Origin: Octopus sinensis
Lineage: Eukaryota
DNA: 64,000 nucleotides
Direction of reading: 5' to 3'
Assembly (NCBI RefSeq): GCF_006345805.1
Contig: NC_042997.1
Location: forward strand, 146,568,001 to 146,632,000
A program made the position numbers and the translations under genes. Each line of letters opens with the position of its first letter. Position 1 is the stretch's first letter. Below, piece after piece: positions 43,090 through 57,330 of this stretch. The notes beneath the pieces are model-generated. The model was not told the DNA's origin, searched no databases, and saw nothing but the letters and a program-made list of their open reading frames with translations.

Positions 43090-43400
43090 AAATGAAAAAG
43101 AAAAATGGTAAAACTGGTTCCGTTAGCGTTGACTCCTTTGCTTTCTTTCGGACCTCTAATTTTTCGTTACATAATTCAAAGATTTCTGTTGTTAAAACCA
43201 GTTGTTGAAGGAACCCTTTTGCAGGTCTTTGCCGATACTTGCAGTTCTGTAGACTTCGCAAGGTGTACGTGTGTGAGGGCTTTGATAACGGCTTGTAATA
43301 TAACCAATATATCATCAGCATCCACTTCTTCAAATCTCTCATTCTGCGTCATTTGTATGAGGTTAATGGAGACTGCTTTATCGTCTATCCTTTGATCTTA
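43090..43400 (-). pseudogene. Probable pogo/Tigger transposase C-terminal relic
   Basis: Minus frames give NLIQMTQNERFEEVDADDILVILQ and EIFELCNEKLEVRKKAKESTL..FF, resembling the Tigger C-terminus from memory. Confidence 0.45.
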
Positions 43401-43542
43401 GATATCAACACTTATACGCAATATTTTTTCCCTAAATCTCAATGAAACACGTATTTTAACTTTTACATGTATATATATATATATATATATTATATATGTG
43501 TGTGTGTGTAAATGTAATATGTGACAATTATTCGGTAGCCAT

Positions 43543-43603
43543 GATAAAACTCCGAGTTTCGAATGTCGTGGTGGAAATCCACGCCGCCATCTCTTCAGTT
43601 ATC
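43543..43603 (-). ncRNA. Type I hammerhead motif, canonical core, long stem II
   Basis: Minus GATAA-CTGAAGA-GATGGCGGCGTGG ATTT CCACCACGACATTC-GAAAC TCGGA GTT-TTATC: 5-bp stem I, stem III ACT/AGT, GUU site. Confidence 0.75.
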
Positions 43604-43936
43604 CGGCCATCGGGAAAATGCCATGAAAACAAAGGGAAATTACTGTTTCTGTCAATTGACTGCAGCCATACTTGAACACCGCCTTGAAGGGTTTTAGTCG
43701 AACAAATCGACCCAAGGTCTTTTTTACGCCTAGTTACGTACATTAAAAAAAAAGACAACTATACAATATAAATCATATGATCAAATTGCCTTGTCAATTA
43801 ATCACAAACGTGTTACATTCATACTTAATATTTCTTGTTATTTATCATGCAATTTAAATTCTAACTCGGAGTACACACACGAACACATGCATATACATAT
43901 ACGCGTGTGTGTATAGTATGTATATTAATATATTTG

Positions 43937-43995
<59 letters not shown>

Positions 43996-44086
43996 GCATA
44001 TATATGTGTGTTTCTATATGTAGATAAATGTGTGCATGTATGTATGCATGTATGTATATATTTTACCATACAGCCACGCCTGCTTC

Positions 44087-44118
<32 letters not shown>

Positions 44119-44425
44119 TTTATATACATACATATATAAACATATATATGTGTGTGTGTATATATACAAATATAGTAATATACATACCATACACGCACGC
44201 GTTTATGTATATGCGTGTGTTCGTGTGTGTACTGCGAGTTGAATTTTAAATTGCATAATAAATAACAGGAAATATTACGTATGAAGGTAACACGTTTCTG
44301 ATTAATTGACAATGCAATTTGATCATATAATTTACATTGTATAATTTTTTGGAGTGTAAATAACTCGGTATAAATAAATATATGACTAAAAGTTATATAA
44401 ATAATATTTCCTGCATTTGGTTTTG

Positions 44426-44471
<46 letters not shown>

Positions 44472-44620
44472 GATGTTTAAATCTTTGCAATGTTTCAGTT
44501 TTAAAGCTGTGGCATGGTGGGGCACTACCGCTGGCTGTGCTCCACCATTATTTGAAACCTCCGAAATATGTCAGTTGATGAATGAGAGAATTCGACGCTG
44601 CTGCCTTCATCTGTCATATA

Positions 44621-44724
<104 letters not shown>

Positions 44725-44782
44725 TATAATATATATATGTATATATATATATATGTATATATATATACATAATACATACATA

Positions 44783-45667
44783 CGAGGTCTGATCAATAAG
44801 TATCCGGACTGTTGCCATAGTAAAGAAGCTAAAGCATGTAGAGTGAAGCCGCTTGGCACAGATTCACCTTGATCTCTGCTGTGCGGAAGCACTAAGCTTT
44901 AACGTCCTAGCTCACTGTTTACAACAGTACTTGGAAGGAAGGTACGTAGCGTGTGATCGTCGCGTTGACCATGACAAAGAAAGCTGTCACGGCGATACCT
45001 GTTCAGAGACCTACGCGAAGTTACAGAAAGTATATGGAGAGGAGTGTATGAGCCGCACAGTAGTGTACGAGTGGTTCAGACGTTTCCAAGATGGCCGAAA
45101 AAATGTCGAGATTGACGAACGTCCTAGGAGATCTGTAACCAGCAGAAGTGAGAAATACATTGCAGATGTACTTGCAGCTGTGAGGGGAAATCGTCAAATC
45201 ACCATCCGTGATTTATTAGAAGATGTGCAGATTAGTTACGGTTCAGTTCAGTCCACTATAACTGAAGATTTGGGTATGAGATGCGTGTCCGCTAAGTTTG
45301 TGCCAAAATTGCTTTCAGCTGACCAAAGAGACACACGGGTTTCAGTTGCACAAGATCTCTTTGATTGTGTCGAGAACAATGAAAAGGTTTTCAAAGCTTT
45401 GCGTAGTCCTCTGAGCAGGTATCACCAAGCTTTTAGCAAAATTTGATGCAGATTCTCCGCTCAGCTTTCTCTGTTGTGGTCAATGTGACGATCACACGCT
45501 ACACACCTTGCTTCCAAGCACTGCTGTAAACAGCGAAAGTGAGCTAGAACATTAAAACTTAGTGCACATGCACAATAGAGTTCAAAGTCAATCTGTGCTA
45601 AGCGGCCTCACTCTCTGTGCTTTAGTTCGTTATTATGGCAACGATCCGAATTTTTGATCAGCCCATG
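44783..45667 (+). mobile_element. Internally deleted mariner element (HTH domains retained, catalytic domain absent)
   Basis: TA at 44781-82 and 45668-69; imperfect TIRs CGAGGTCTGATCAATAAGTATCCGGACTGTTGCCATA; ORF has ETYAKLQKVYGEECMSRTVVYEWFRRFQDGR...DERP...LGMRCVSAKFVPKLLS. Confidence 0.9.
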
Positions 45668-45775
45668 TAGTATGTGTGTGTGTGTGTGTAAGGCGCATGA
45701 TTCAGTGGTTAGAGCGTCGATTTTACGACCGTGAGATCGAATCCCGTAATGGGCTGCGTGTTGTGTTCTACATAC

Positions 45776-45825
<50 letters not shown>

Positions 45826-45857
45826 AAAAAGGAGATGTGGAACCTAGTTGTGATTAT

Positions 45858-46130
45858 ATAAAAAGGAAATGAAGAAAATGCTGACAAATAATTTAAGTAA
45901 TTTAAGTAATTTGATTAGGTGAGAGTTCCTTTTTACCGGTTAGCATTTGTTATGCTTATCAAAAGTATTTTTTAGAGAGATAGAGTCCTATCTATCAGAA
46001 GGAAATCTATCTCTCTTAAAAAATATCTTTTGATAAGCATAACAAATGCGTAACCGGTAAAAAGAACTCTCAACTAATTAAATTACTTAAATTACTTAAA
46101 TTATTTTGTCAGCATTTTTCTTCATCTCCT

Positions 46131-46135
<5 letters not shown>
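45858..46135. repeat. Long inverted repeat (about 125-bp arms) between (TA)n tracts, with HHR relics
   Basis: Plus 46027-46064 CTT-TTGATAA-GCAT AACAA ATGC-GTAAC-CGGT-A-AAAAG; mirror on minus at 45929-45965. Confidence 0.9.
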
Positions 46136-46211
<76 letters not shown>

Positions 46212-46214
46212 CAT

Positions 46215-46519
46215 ATGCGGTCACCTAGAATGTTAACCTCCGAGTCACAAATCCGGGCAAGGTTGTTTATTGAAAACCAGCAGTCGCCCAGGCATGCCAG
46301 CCTCCTTTCTCCACGCCACCGATGTTATATAAGGGAAAGACAAAGGCCGATACAGCTTGGTATCAGTGACGTCGCAACTCATTTCTACAGCTGAGTGAAC
46401 TGGAACAACATGAAATAAAGTGTCTTGCTCAAGAACACAACACGCAGCCCGCCCCGGGATTCGAACTCACATACCTCACGGTCTAAGATGGACGCTCTAA
46501 ATACTGAGTTCTGCGCCTT

Positions 46520-46520
<1 letters not shown>
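46215..46520 (-). mobile_element. SINE family E
   Basis: Reverse complement of the 16534-16870 family, including B box GAGTTCGAATCCC. Confidence 0.8.
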
Positions 46521-46565
<45 letters not shown>

Positions 46566-46596
46566 ACATATAACATAGCTAGCTCGATAGACAGGC

Positions 46597-46721
<125 letters not shown>

Positions 46722-47324
46722 TTCGCGTAGAATTGACAAAGTTCGACTTTTTCGTTCAAGACCGATAAATTAAATGCTAGTTCAGGATGGCGGATCGGCA
46801 AAATTCATTTACATAAGTGTGTGTGTGTGTGTGTGCGCGCGCATGCGCGTGTGTGGTGTGTGTGTGTGTACAAAAGCAAATGTTTGTTTATATAAGTGTG
46901 AGTGTGTGTGTGTGTGTGTACAAAAGCAAATGTTTATTTATATAAGTGTGAGTGTGTGTGTACAAAAGCAAATATTAAATTTGCCTAAGTAATTAATGAG
47001 GTAATGATATACAGTTACCTGTTCATTAGTATAAATCAGGTAACTTTTATTAATACTGTACTGTGCAAAGCACCAATAAACTAGTCTGACGGCTGAAGAA
47101 ATTTGAAGTTCCTGCTCATGAATTAGTGCAGATTAAGACGTCCCGGACCATCTATATCCGGAAAACCGGTGTTGTATGTATGTATGTATGTATGTATGTA
47201 TGTATGTATGTATGTATGTATGTGTACATGCGTCTGTGTATATACAACATGTGTATGTGTGTTTATGTATAAATATATAAATATAAATATATGTATATAT
47301 ATATAAATATAAATATATATATAT

Positions 47325-47843
47325 AGGCGCAGGTGTGGCTGTTGCTTCCCAACCACATGGTTCCTGGTTCAGTTCCACTATGTGGCACCTTGGGCAAGCT
47401 GTGTCTTCTATTGCCTCGGACCGACCAAACCGGCCAAAGCCTTGTAAGTGGATTTGGTAGACAGAAGCTGGAAGAAGCCTGTCGTATACATACATATATA
47501 TATAGGGAAGTTTACGAAAAACAACAAAAGACGAAGGCAGGTGGTGTACAAAACAAACAGATGTATTAGTATAACGCTCAGTAATAAAAAAAGTCTTTTA
47601 TGTTTCGAGCCTACGCTCTTCTAGAGAAAGGTACACAAAAAAAAAAAGAAGAGAAACAAGGGGAGAAAAAATGTGTGTAGTGGCTAACGATCTCTCATGG
47701 CGACTGTTAATCCTATCTTTTCTACCATTACGAACTTCTCCACTGGACTATTTTTTCCTTTACGGATACTTACCCTCTGGCGGCACCTCTCCAACACACG
47801 GATCACAGTGGACTCTACTCTTGATGAGAAATACATATATATA

Positions 47844-47879
<36 letters not shown>

Positions 47880-48085
47880 TGTATGTATGTATGTATGTAT
47901 GTATGTATGTACATGTTTGTGTATGTGTTTGTCTCCCCGCCATCGCATGACAAGGGATGTTGGTGTCCGATAGAACAAGTATTAGACTTACAAAGAATAA
48001 GTCTTGGGGTCGATTTCTTCGACTAAAGGCGATGCTCTAGCATGGCCGCGTTCAAAAGGCTAAAACAAAAAGAAAGAATAAAAGA
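47325..48085 (+). mobile_element. Bipartite SINE B+C with nested element (about 47505-47830) carrying an HHR relic at 47595-47630 (-)
   Basis: B at 47325-47485, C at 47920-48085; minus CTTT-CTCTAGA-A-GAGC GTAG GCTC-GAAAC-ATA-AAAG. Confidence 0.7.
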
Positions 48086-48114
48086 ATGAATACACACACA
48101 CACACAACACATGC

Positions 48115-48156
<42 letters not shown>

Positions 48157-50910
48157 ATCGTGAGCGCGTATTCATGTATATGTCTGTTTCTGCCTGTTTT
48201 TCCTTGTGAAAGTAGAGGATAACGTGAATGTGAGAGAATGAATGAATGATATAGAAGTTGACTACTGGAAGGTGACAAATATTAAATGGAGGCAAAAACA
48301 AACAATAGAAACTAGAACCAAGCGAGAAATGATTATAAGCCGCAAGAAACATCAGTACTAATACATAGTAATTAAATGTTCAATTGAAGTGGGGGGATAT
48401 GAAACCGGATAAAATCAACACCCACTGTGTTTCATTACAAAGAAAAAGAATGAGGTTGAAGTGATAGGGCCTAGTAAGGAAATAGCGGTAGAAAGCAGTA
48501 GTGTGAGTGGGGAGGATGCTAGAAGGCAGATTAGAAATAGCATCGCTTTTGAAGCGAAACAGAGAATGTGTCGTATGAGCTAAGGCCTGCTCTTCTAGAC
48601 AGCGAAACAACGAAGACCTGTCGATAGACCCGAGGTACGGAATTACGGCGTGACATTAAAGTCACAATTCTGTCTCTAATGGACTGCATTGAACTTGTGT
48701 TCTTTGATTCTAAGCAAATAGGTATAGTTTTTTATGCATCAGTTTGCTTGATTCTTTGGGCCAGTGGTGGATTTCAATGCCTAAATCAACAGTTTGCGCC
48801 ATCTAGTGGAGGTTCAGGGAGTGAAAAGCCAACAACTACGGCTGAAGTCAACGTCATAATTTTCCGTTGTGTGAGTAACTGCCAGGTAGGTTCTCTACTG
48901 ATTTGCAAACGTTTGGCAACATACAGGGAGCATTTCCAGTTCTGTGAGAAAGGACACATACAAGGGGTACCATAGCGGCCTTCAGTTCGCTGAAGTTCGT
49001 TAGAACTTTGCTATACGCGCAGTGAGTTTAATATTTTGGCCAATGTGCTAGCAAAACAGTGGAGTGGGGTTTAGTTTGCCGGGTAGAATCTTTGATAACA
49101 ATTAGTGTTGTTAGCTACACTTGTTCGAGATGCACACAGAACGAAGAAACTGTTTTGCACTAATTCAGTGTCTAGACATTACTGAGCTGTGGACATGTAT
49201 CGACGTATGTTATCATGTATAAGATATATATATTTGTTAGCTGTGTCATTTGTTAATATCACTCCGTTGCCTCCATATACCATGTAATTCTCCTCCGTAT
49301 AGCAAAGCGGTAAAATATGTTGTGCTGTGCATTGAGAAGATTTACAACAACCAATCCCATTATGAATCTCTTCAAATACCACTTGAAGGAGAAAGTAAGC
49401 GGACAGACATGAACACTGCTCTTCAGCAAAATTTTTCTATACGTTGAATGGGATTGGTAACTTCTGAATAAGTAACTATAGGCCAGAGATCTCAGCGTTT
49501 TATATCGTTTCATTCTGTTTTCCACTCACTGAATGATGCAACCTCTGCTAAAGTCTTCACTGTAAGTATGCTCAGTCAGGCGAACATAGGACGCCAGAAA
49601 GCAACAGCAACAACAACAAAATACCAACGAGGAATATCCAAACAACGAGAAAGCCCCTATGCGGTTGCTCAAGTTTCTAGAAATAACAATCAAATCTCCT
49701 TCAAATCATACTCTACTGTTTTAAATAAATATATAAATGAATAAAACGAATTACTTTGGCAATAAAGTCCATGATATACACATAAAAACGTGATTAAACA
49801 CCATCACCAACACCAATAACCATTGCACCATCATCCCATCAACATCGATAAGAAAGTATAAAGAAACCTTTATGAGTCAGTATTATATTTTGGGGACATT
49901 TGTTTTCGTTCTCTTATTTACTACTCGTATTGAAAAGACATCATTTGTTACTTGATACTTTGTTTAAAATCTAGTTACGTATATAAATTTTTTACATCAT
50001 GCTTTTGTGAACAATAACGTCGTTTGTTATAAATTTCCATAGAACTAATCACTGTATTTGCGTGTGTATATATTTCTCCGTACTTAATTGAGCAGCTGTT
50101 TGTTCTGCTCAGGTACATTGTAGATTTTTAAATGCATGTCTAGCTCTTACCTGTTACTCTATAAATCTGCTGAATTTCATGACCGACTGAGAGAACTGTG
50201 TGAGACAAGTTACCAATAGGATTTCACTCATCAACACGCTTTTATTTTTGACACCTAAAACCCTACAGCTGTGACAGTGTTCAGTTACACATGTTATGGT
50301 TTCAGTTTCTACTAAATTATCGACAAAATTTGTCGACTGTGTACTTTATTCACGTTTTCTCAATAAGGTATTTTCATTACCCGTTTTACACATGGATGTA
50401 TATACACACCTGCTCATAATAATATTTGTACATTATAAATAAGTTCAAGGGTGGTGAAAGGAGTTGCGTTCTGACGTTTCGAGTCTTTTATATCGATATA
50501 TCTATCGATCGATAAATAACATAGGGAAAACTCGTGAATATAGGATATTTGTAAACAGGATGGTCCTGTTAGCCGCTCATGAGGTCAATGAATCATATCA
50601 AACTAATAATAAAGCATCGACCCTTGAAAGAGTATATATTTTTTACCTTTTATTTGTTTCAGTCATTAGACTGCGGCCATGCTGGAGCACCGCCTTGAAT
50701 TACTTTTAGTCTCGAATGAGTCGACCCCAGTACTTATATTTCTTGTGTTCCTGGTGCTTATTGTATCATTCACTTTTGCCGAACCGCTAAGTCACGGAGA
50801 CGCAAACAAACGAAATCCAGTTGTCAAGCAGTGGTGGGGGCCAAACTCTCTCACACACACATATATGCACCCACACACACATCACGCATATGCATATATA
50901 CATATATATC

Positions 50911-50994
<84 letters not shown>

Positions 50995-51055
50995 AAGATC
51001 CAGAGATCGAGGTGTAGGAAGAAAGTTAGCTTCAAGCAATCCGTAGTAAATATTT

Positions 51056-51646
51056 GTTTCTTAAAAGGGGGCTAAACATAGAGGAGACAAGCAAGGACAG
51101 ACAAAGGGATTAAGTCGATTAGATCGACCCCAGTGCGTAACTGGTATTTATTTAATCGACCCCGAAAGGATGAAAGGCAAAGTCGACCTCGGTGGAATTT
51201 GAAATCAGAACGTAACTGCAGACGAAATACCTATTTCTTTACTACCCACAAGGGGCTAAACACAGAGGGGACAAACAAGGAGAGACAAACGGATTAAGTC
51301 GATTACATCGACCCCAGTGCTTAACTGGCACTTAATTTATCGACCCCGAAAGAATGAAAGGCAAAGTCGAGCTCGGTGGAATTTGAACTCAGAAGGTAGC
51401 GGCAGACGAAATACCTGTTTCTTTATTACCCACAAGGGGCTAAACATACAGGGGACAAACAAGGACAGACAAACGCATTAAGTCGATTATATAGACCCCA
51501 GTACGTAACTGGTACTTATTTAATCTACCCTGAAAGGATGAAAGGCAAAGTCGACCTCGGCGGAATTTGAACTCAGAACGTAAAGACAGACGAAATACCG
51601 CTAAGCATTTCTCCCGGCGTGCTAACGTTTCTTCCAGCTCGCCGCC
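51056..51646 (-). mobile_element. SINE family A trimer
   Basis: Junctions at 51230/51231 and 51414/51415; degenerate flanking duplication ccgtagtaaatattt (51041-55) vs ccatagctaatattt (51653-67). Confidence 0.85.
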
Positions 51647-52771
51647 TTCCACCCATAGCTAATATTTATAAAGCAGCTTTCAAAGACTATAGTGGTTTAT
51701 TGAAACAGAAGGTTGTGGATTTTTTCGTATCGAAGAGCGATAAGCTGGAAAAAAGTTCTTTTTATATTCCACGGTAGGATACAAGAGTTACGAAATGGAG
51801 TAGGTAAGATCCGGGCTACATATATTGCATAGCCGGCTGAACCTTAGAAGTGGTAAAAATCCAAACGATGTGTGTACCACCTGCCACTCTTCAGGCCAAG
51901 GATGTCTTGATCAAATTAAAAGTTACATTGTCGCAAGGATGTAAATGTGGACGCATGGAGGATTCAATCAGAATGTGTAGAGTGCAGTATGAGAGGAGTA
52001 TATAAATGTAGGGAGAAATAAGCATCAGAAGGGAGAAAGAAGGAAATATAAGGGAGTAAGAAGAAGGATGAATTTAAGCAAAGTCGATTGACTGGTACTA
52101 AACAATGGAGCTGTTTTGGCTGAATCACAGAATTTAGTCAGGGAGTTGATATTTGAAGGAAAGATAATTTGGAGGGAAGAGGGTGGGGAAATACATATAT
52201 GGTCAAGGGGGAGAAAAAGTTTGTATGAATAAAACAAGATATAGTGAGGAATGACTGGTGGCATTCAAAGGGTTTTTTGGCCAAAATTAGCAAGGGAGTG
52301 GTATTAGAAAAATGCACACACACACACACTTTATTTTACGACGGGTTTCTTTCAGTTTCCATCAACTAAATCTATTCATAAGGCTTTGGTCGGCCTGAGG
52401 TTACAGAAGACACTTGCCCACGGTGTCACACAGTGGGACTGAACCCTGAAATATGTGGTTGGGAAGCAAGCTCCTTACCACACCGCCACACCTGGACCTA
52501 TATATATATATATATTATATAATATATATATATAATATAATATATATATATATTATATATATAATATATATATATTATATATATATATATATATATGCTA
52601 ATCAGGTAATAAATGTCTTACAGAGATACATTTCCTCCGTATACAATACCAATATCATGATTGTGCATTGCATTTAAGTAAGAAGACATTTATATGATAG
52701 CTGAGGCCAAACTGTTGATTATCAGCTGAACAAAATCATCTTATTGCTTTGTGGTGCATTAACAAACAATA

Positions 52772-53005
52772 TATTTCTTTACTGCCCACAAGGGGCTAAA
52801 CATAGAGGGGACAAACAAGGACAGACGAAGGGATTAAGTCGATTACATCGATCCCAGAGCGAAACTGGTACTTTATTTATCGAACCCGAAAGGATGAAAG
52901 GCAAAGTCGACCTCGGCGGAATTTGAACTCAGAACGTAGCGACAGACGAAATACTGCTGAGCATTTCGTCCGGCATGCTAACGTTTCTGCCAGCTCGCCG
53001 CCTTA
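52772..53005 (-). mobile_element. SINE family A monomer with 16-bp TSD
   Basis: GCATTAACAAACAATA at 52756-52771 and 53006-53021. Confidence 0.9.
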
Positions 53006-53994
53006 GCATTAACAAACAATAGTCATATTGAGAGTGGCTTCCATCATCATCATGTATGTATATATGTACGTATATATGCATATATGTATGTACGCGGGCG
53101 TATGCAGATGAGTGTGTGAGTATGGAAAGAAACACGCATGTATAGTGTATGATTTTGTGTATCTATATGCATCTTTGTATATACGAAACTGAATTACTTT
53201 CCTTTCTGTTGTCCATAGCTAAAACTTCAGACCATGTGCAACATTTGTTAAACAATTGCGCAGCATTTGTTAAACAAATGTGTTGGATTTTATCAACAAA
53301 AACACGCATTTCATATATTACCAAAATGTACTTTGCAAGACTTGCTTACTTTGTAGACTTGTCTAGTCTACTAATCGCCTCAGTATCTATGTAAACAGTA
53401 GAAAAACTGCCAAAGATGAGATTCCTGTCGTCATTAAGATTACTTTCCAATGTTTTGACTGCTCCATGTTTTGACTGCTCTCTTGTTTTCAGAAGTAGTT
53501 TAGTTAAGCAGCTATTGACCATATAATCTGACAGATGACCTTCAATTAAGTTTTGATAACATAGTCTATGTATACGTGATTGGAATACAATGCTAATATA
53601 GCAAAAACTATCAACCATATTTGCAAGATGAGTGGTTAAAACCAGCTATTAGGTAAACACACACATGAGAATTAATAATTTATTATAGGATAGTTAATAA
53701 AGCAAACAAATAGACGAATAAATGCTTTCTTGTTTTGTTTAATAAAAACAATTAAAGGTGTGTCTAGTTAAACTGAGTATATAATCAACATATGGTCTTT
53801 AAATCAATGGATATTTGGCACTTACTGACAAAAAAACTGACTAACATAAAAGTAATGAGTTCGTTGGATGTTTAAACTTCCCTTGTTACTGTTTATATCA
53901 ACGGTTCTCCACCGGGGTTCATGTGATCCTTGGTGGTGGGGGCCATATAAGATTGTGTTGTTAAAATTTATGTACAATAAATTGGCTATGCTTC

Positions 53995-54395
53995 TACATT
54001 TCTTTTCCTTGCTTCAATCAATTTGCCTGCGGCCATGCTGGAGCACCGCTTTGAAGGGGTTTTTGTCGAACAAATCGACCCCAGGACTTATTTCTTAAGC
54101 CTAGTACTTATTCAACCGGACTCATTTGGCGAACGACCTAAGTTACGGGGACGTAAACACACCAACAGCAGTTGTCAAAGGGTCATGAGGAGAGAAACAC
54201 AAAGACACACGAGTATATATATATATATATATACATATATATACAACGGGTTTCTTTCAGTTTCCGTCTACCAAATTCACTCACAAGGCTTTGGTCGGCC
54301 CGAGGCTAGTGGAACACATTTGCCGCTTAGTCGGATTGAACCCAGAACCATGTGATCGGGAAGCAAGATTCTTACCACACAGCCACGCCTGCGCC
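53995..54395 (-). mobile_element. Complete bipartite SINE B+C
   Basis: B head at 54245-54395, (TA)n, C module at 53995-54185, same order as 37205-37580. Confidence 0.8.
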
Positions 54396-56764
54396 TACAA
54401 TACATAAAATAATTTAACAATTTTTTATACAATTCCTAATAATATTTAATAACAAACATAATGAATTTTTTAAAACACCGAATGGCTATAGAGGTTCGCT
54501 CGAGTAAAACAGGAATCAAAGGGATCCATGGACAAACTATGGTTGAGAACTTCTAGTTTATATATCTACCCTGAGTTTTGATAGGTAAGTTGTTGCTGCT
54601 GCTGTTGGCCAGATCAGCCTACATTGGGTGAAACTAAAATCAAAAATGTCCCAGCCGTATCCATCTCGTCTTTTGTCTCTGACAACCTACCCTTTACTTC
54701 TGATTTTTTTTTTTTGAAGTCGGTACGGTGTGATTTAAAGATTTGGTTGCTATTTATACCAGCTCGAACGATCGCATAGAGTACCTCCCTTTACTGTTGG
54801 TTCGTATTCCTTACTCGAAGCGCCATCAAGTGGATGAACGGCTTCTGGTGATTTCCTCAGCTAGCATTATTTGTTTGTTCGTTGAGGAATATGAAGATGG
54901 TTTTTCGATGCCTTTTATCTTTTATTCTCATATATTTTACTTGCTTCAGTCATTGGATTGCAGCCATGCTGGAGCACCTCCTCGAAGAGGAGTAAGGAGA
55001 ATTTATCCTGTTTAATACATACTAGGGGACACGTGAATATTTCACGGAATTAATGGTAAACTTACTGGGTTATTTCTGAAAACTTTATCCCAAAATTCTG
55101 AAAGCATAATCTGTGTTGTGTCTGTATGGAAAGATAGTAGCTCATCTATAACTCATTGAAAAGTAAAAGAAATTGGAATGCGATGATTACTTAATGCACT
55201 TTATATATACACTTTATTTACTTTATACACAATTTTATAGACTTAATAAACAGCACTCATAAAATAAATATTCACTCTTATTTTTCCGTCTTTCTCGTAA
55301 GTAAAATAAAAAATATATCCCGTACATATGATACAAGCTTTAGTTAAATTGCATATATCTGCCACATAAATAAGCGTGAATATTCATGGAATTGCACTTA
55401 TGCGCAATTGATTTCAAATTTTGGCACACGGCCAGCTATTTCGTGGAAAGGTTAAGTCCATTGCATTCACCCCAGTTTTCAACTGGTACTTATTTTATCA
55501 ACCTCGAAAGGATGAAAAGTAAAGTCAGCGTCGGCGGAATTTGAACTCAAAACCTGAAGAAATGCTAAGCATTTTGCCCAGTGTGCTAACGATTCTGCTA
55601 GCTCACCGCCTTACTAAAATATTAAAATATTTAAAAATCATTCCCACTCACGTGTGTCCTTGGAGACAGAGTGATAGAACTGGAATGTTCTAAATAATTC
55701 TGCTATGGTGTACTGTCAATCGTCATACTGTCGCAATAATATACCTGAATCGATACAATTGACTCTAGTTCTACCTTATATATTTGTGCTTAGAGTAAAT
55801 GTTAGAAAACTGTTTTGCTGTTGGCTGTTCCCACATATTCCAGCCTGTGAACATAGACCTTTCAACCGGGCCCGTACCATCGAGTTTTGAGACATACTAT
55901 ATCTAAGACATTTTCCAACTTGTCTTTCGTCGAGAGACATTCAGTTACTATTTGTAGCAGATCGAATGATTTTGCTCAAAAGCCTTCAAATCGTGACCAT
56001 TCAATCGTATCACCAGATATACATACAGTATCAAGGACTGCATTACCCAATATTATATAGCCGTTATTATGACTATATGATTTGAGTTAAAGTTGGCTGG
56101 TATTTCTAGCAGATCGAGCGATCACGCAGAAACTCAGTTACTGGCTCCTCTTTTTTGTTGTTGTTTTGTTGTTGTAGTTTTTGTAGTTTTGTTTAACCCC
56201 AAGTAGGGTCTTATCTAGTGTGAACAGAAGGTGTTGAAGCCCATCAATTTACCCTTTTATTTTTCTTATATGTTTTTTTTTCTTTCTGGAATTGTCTACC
56301 TCTGGGTACATTATTTAAAATTGATAATACAAAGTGCATGTCAACGTAATTTTGGCTACCATTTCTAGCAGATTTACTGACCGCATACAAGCTCACATTT
56401 ACTCATCGGCCATTTTGTTTTTGATGGTATATTACTATGTACTCGCTGCTGCAACAACAGAATCCCTTCTATTTTGTTTTCTTTACCGTCAGTTAGAAAG
56501 TGTTGACATATTGAAGGAAGGAGGACGGCCAAAATGTTGAATTATATATCTCCGCGATATTTTGATGAGTGGGAGAGGTGGGTACGGATGGTTGTAATTT
56601 CATATAAATTTTATTTCTTTTGTTTTTGTTTTATTTCTTATTTAGGTCGTTTTTTTTTCTATCGTTCTGAAGATTAGAATATGTTTTCAAAACGACTGTC
56701 CAAGATTGGGAGGACTGTGGTTAGATATTTCTTATAACAATGGCGACTTCGTTCTTCTTTCAGA

Positions 56765-56964
56765 ATAATAATAATCATCATCATCATCAGAAGAAGAAGA
56801 AGAAGAAGAAGAAGAAGAAAGTTGTGATGATGATGATGATGATGAAAAGAAGGAGGAGGAGGAGGAGGAGTTAAGAAAATGAAGGGGGGGAAAGAAGACG
56901 AAGAAGAAAATATGAAGATAAGGAAGATGAAGAAGATAAGGAAGAAGAAGAAAATAAGGAAGAA

Positions 56965-56999
<35 letters not shown>

Positions 57000-57330
57000 C
57001 GATGATGACGATGATGATGACGATGAAGAGGAGGAGGAGGAGGGTGGTGATGATGATGGTGATATGGTGATGATGGGAGAGGAAGGCGGAAAGAAGTGGA
57101 GAGGAAGGGTGAGGCAGAATTTATAACAATTACAGTTTAAACAACTGAATTTACGTATAGTGAAATAATGGCAAAATTTAACATCAACATTAACAACAAA
57201 AGGAAGCAAAAAAACAAAGAAATAGAACGAAAGATAATGCAAAACGAAATTCCCTATTGTACGCAATAATAGCAACAACTATAACAACAACAACAACGAT
57301 AATTACAACAACAACAACAACGAAAGCAAT
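56765..57330. repeat. Compound trinucleotide tract (GAA/GAT/GAG/CAA)
   Basis: Directly visible. Confidence 0.9.

Noticed and set aside
53350-53592. Stop-free minus-strand segment with a GTAAGC donor and in-phase AG acceptors as a host exon
   Set aside because: No recognisable domain, weak polypyrimidine tract, and a 16-nt internal duplication that would shift frame; needs RNA-seq.
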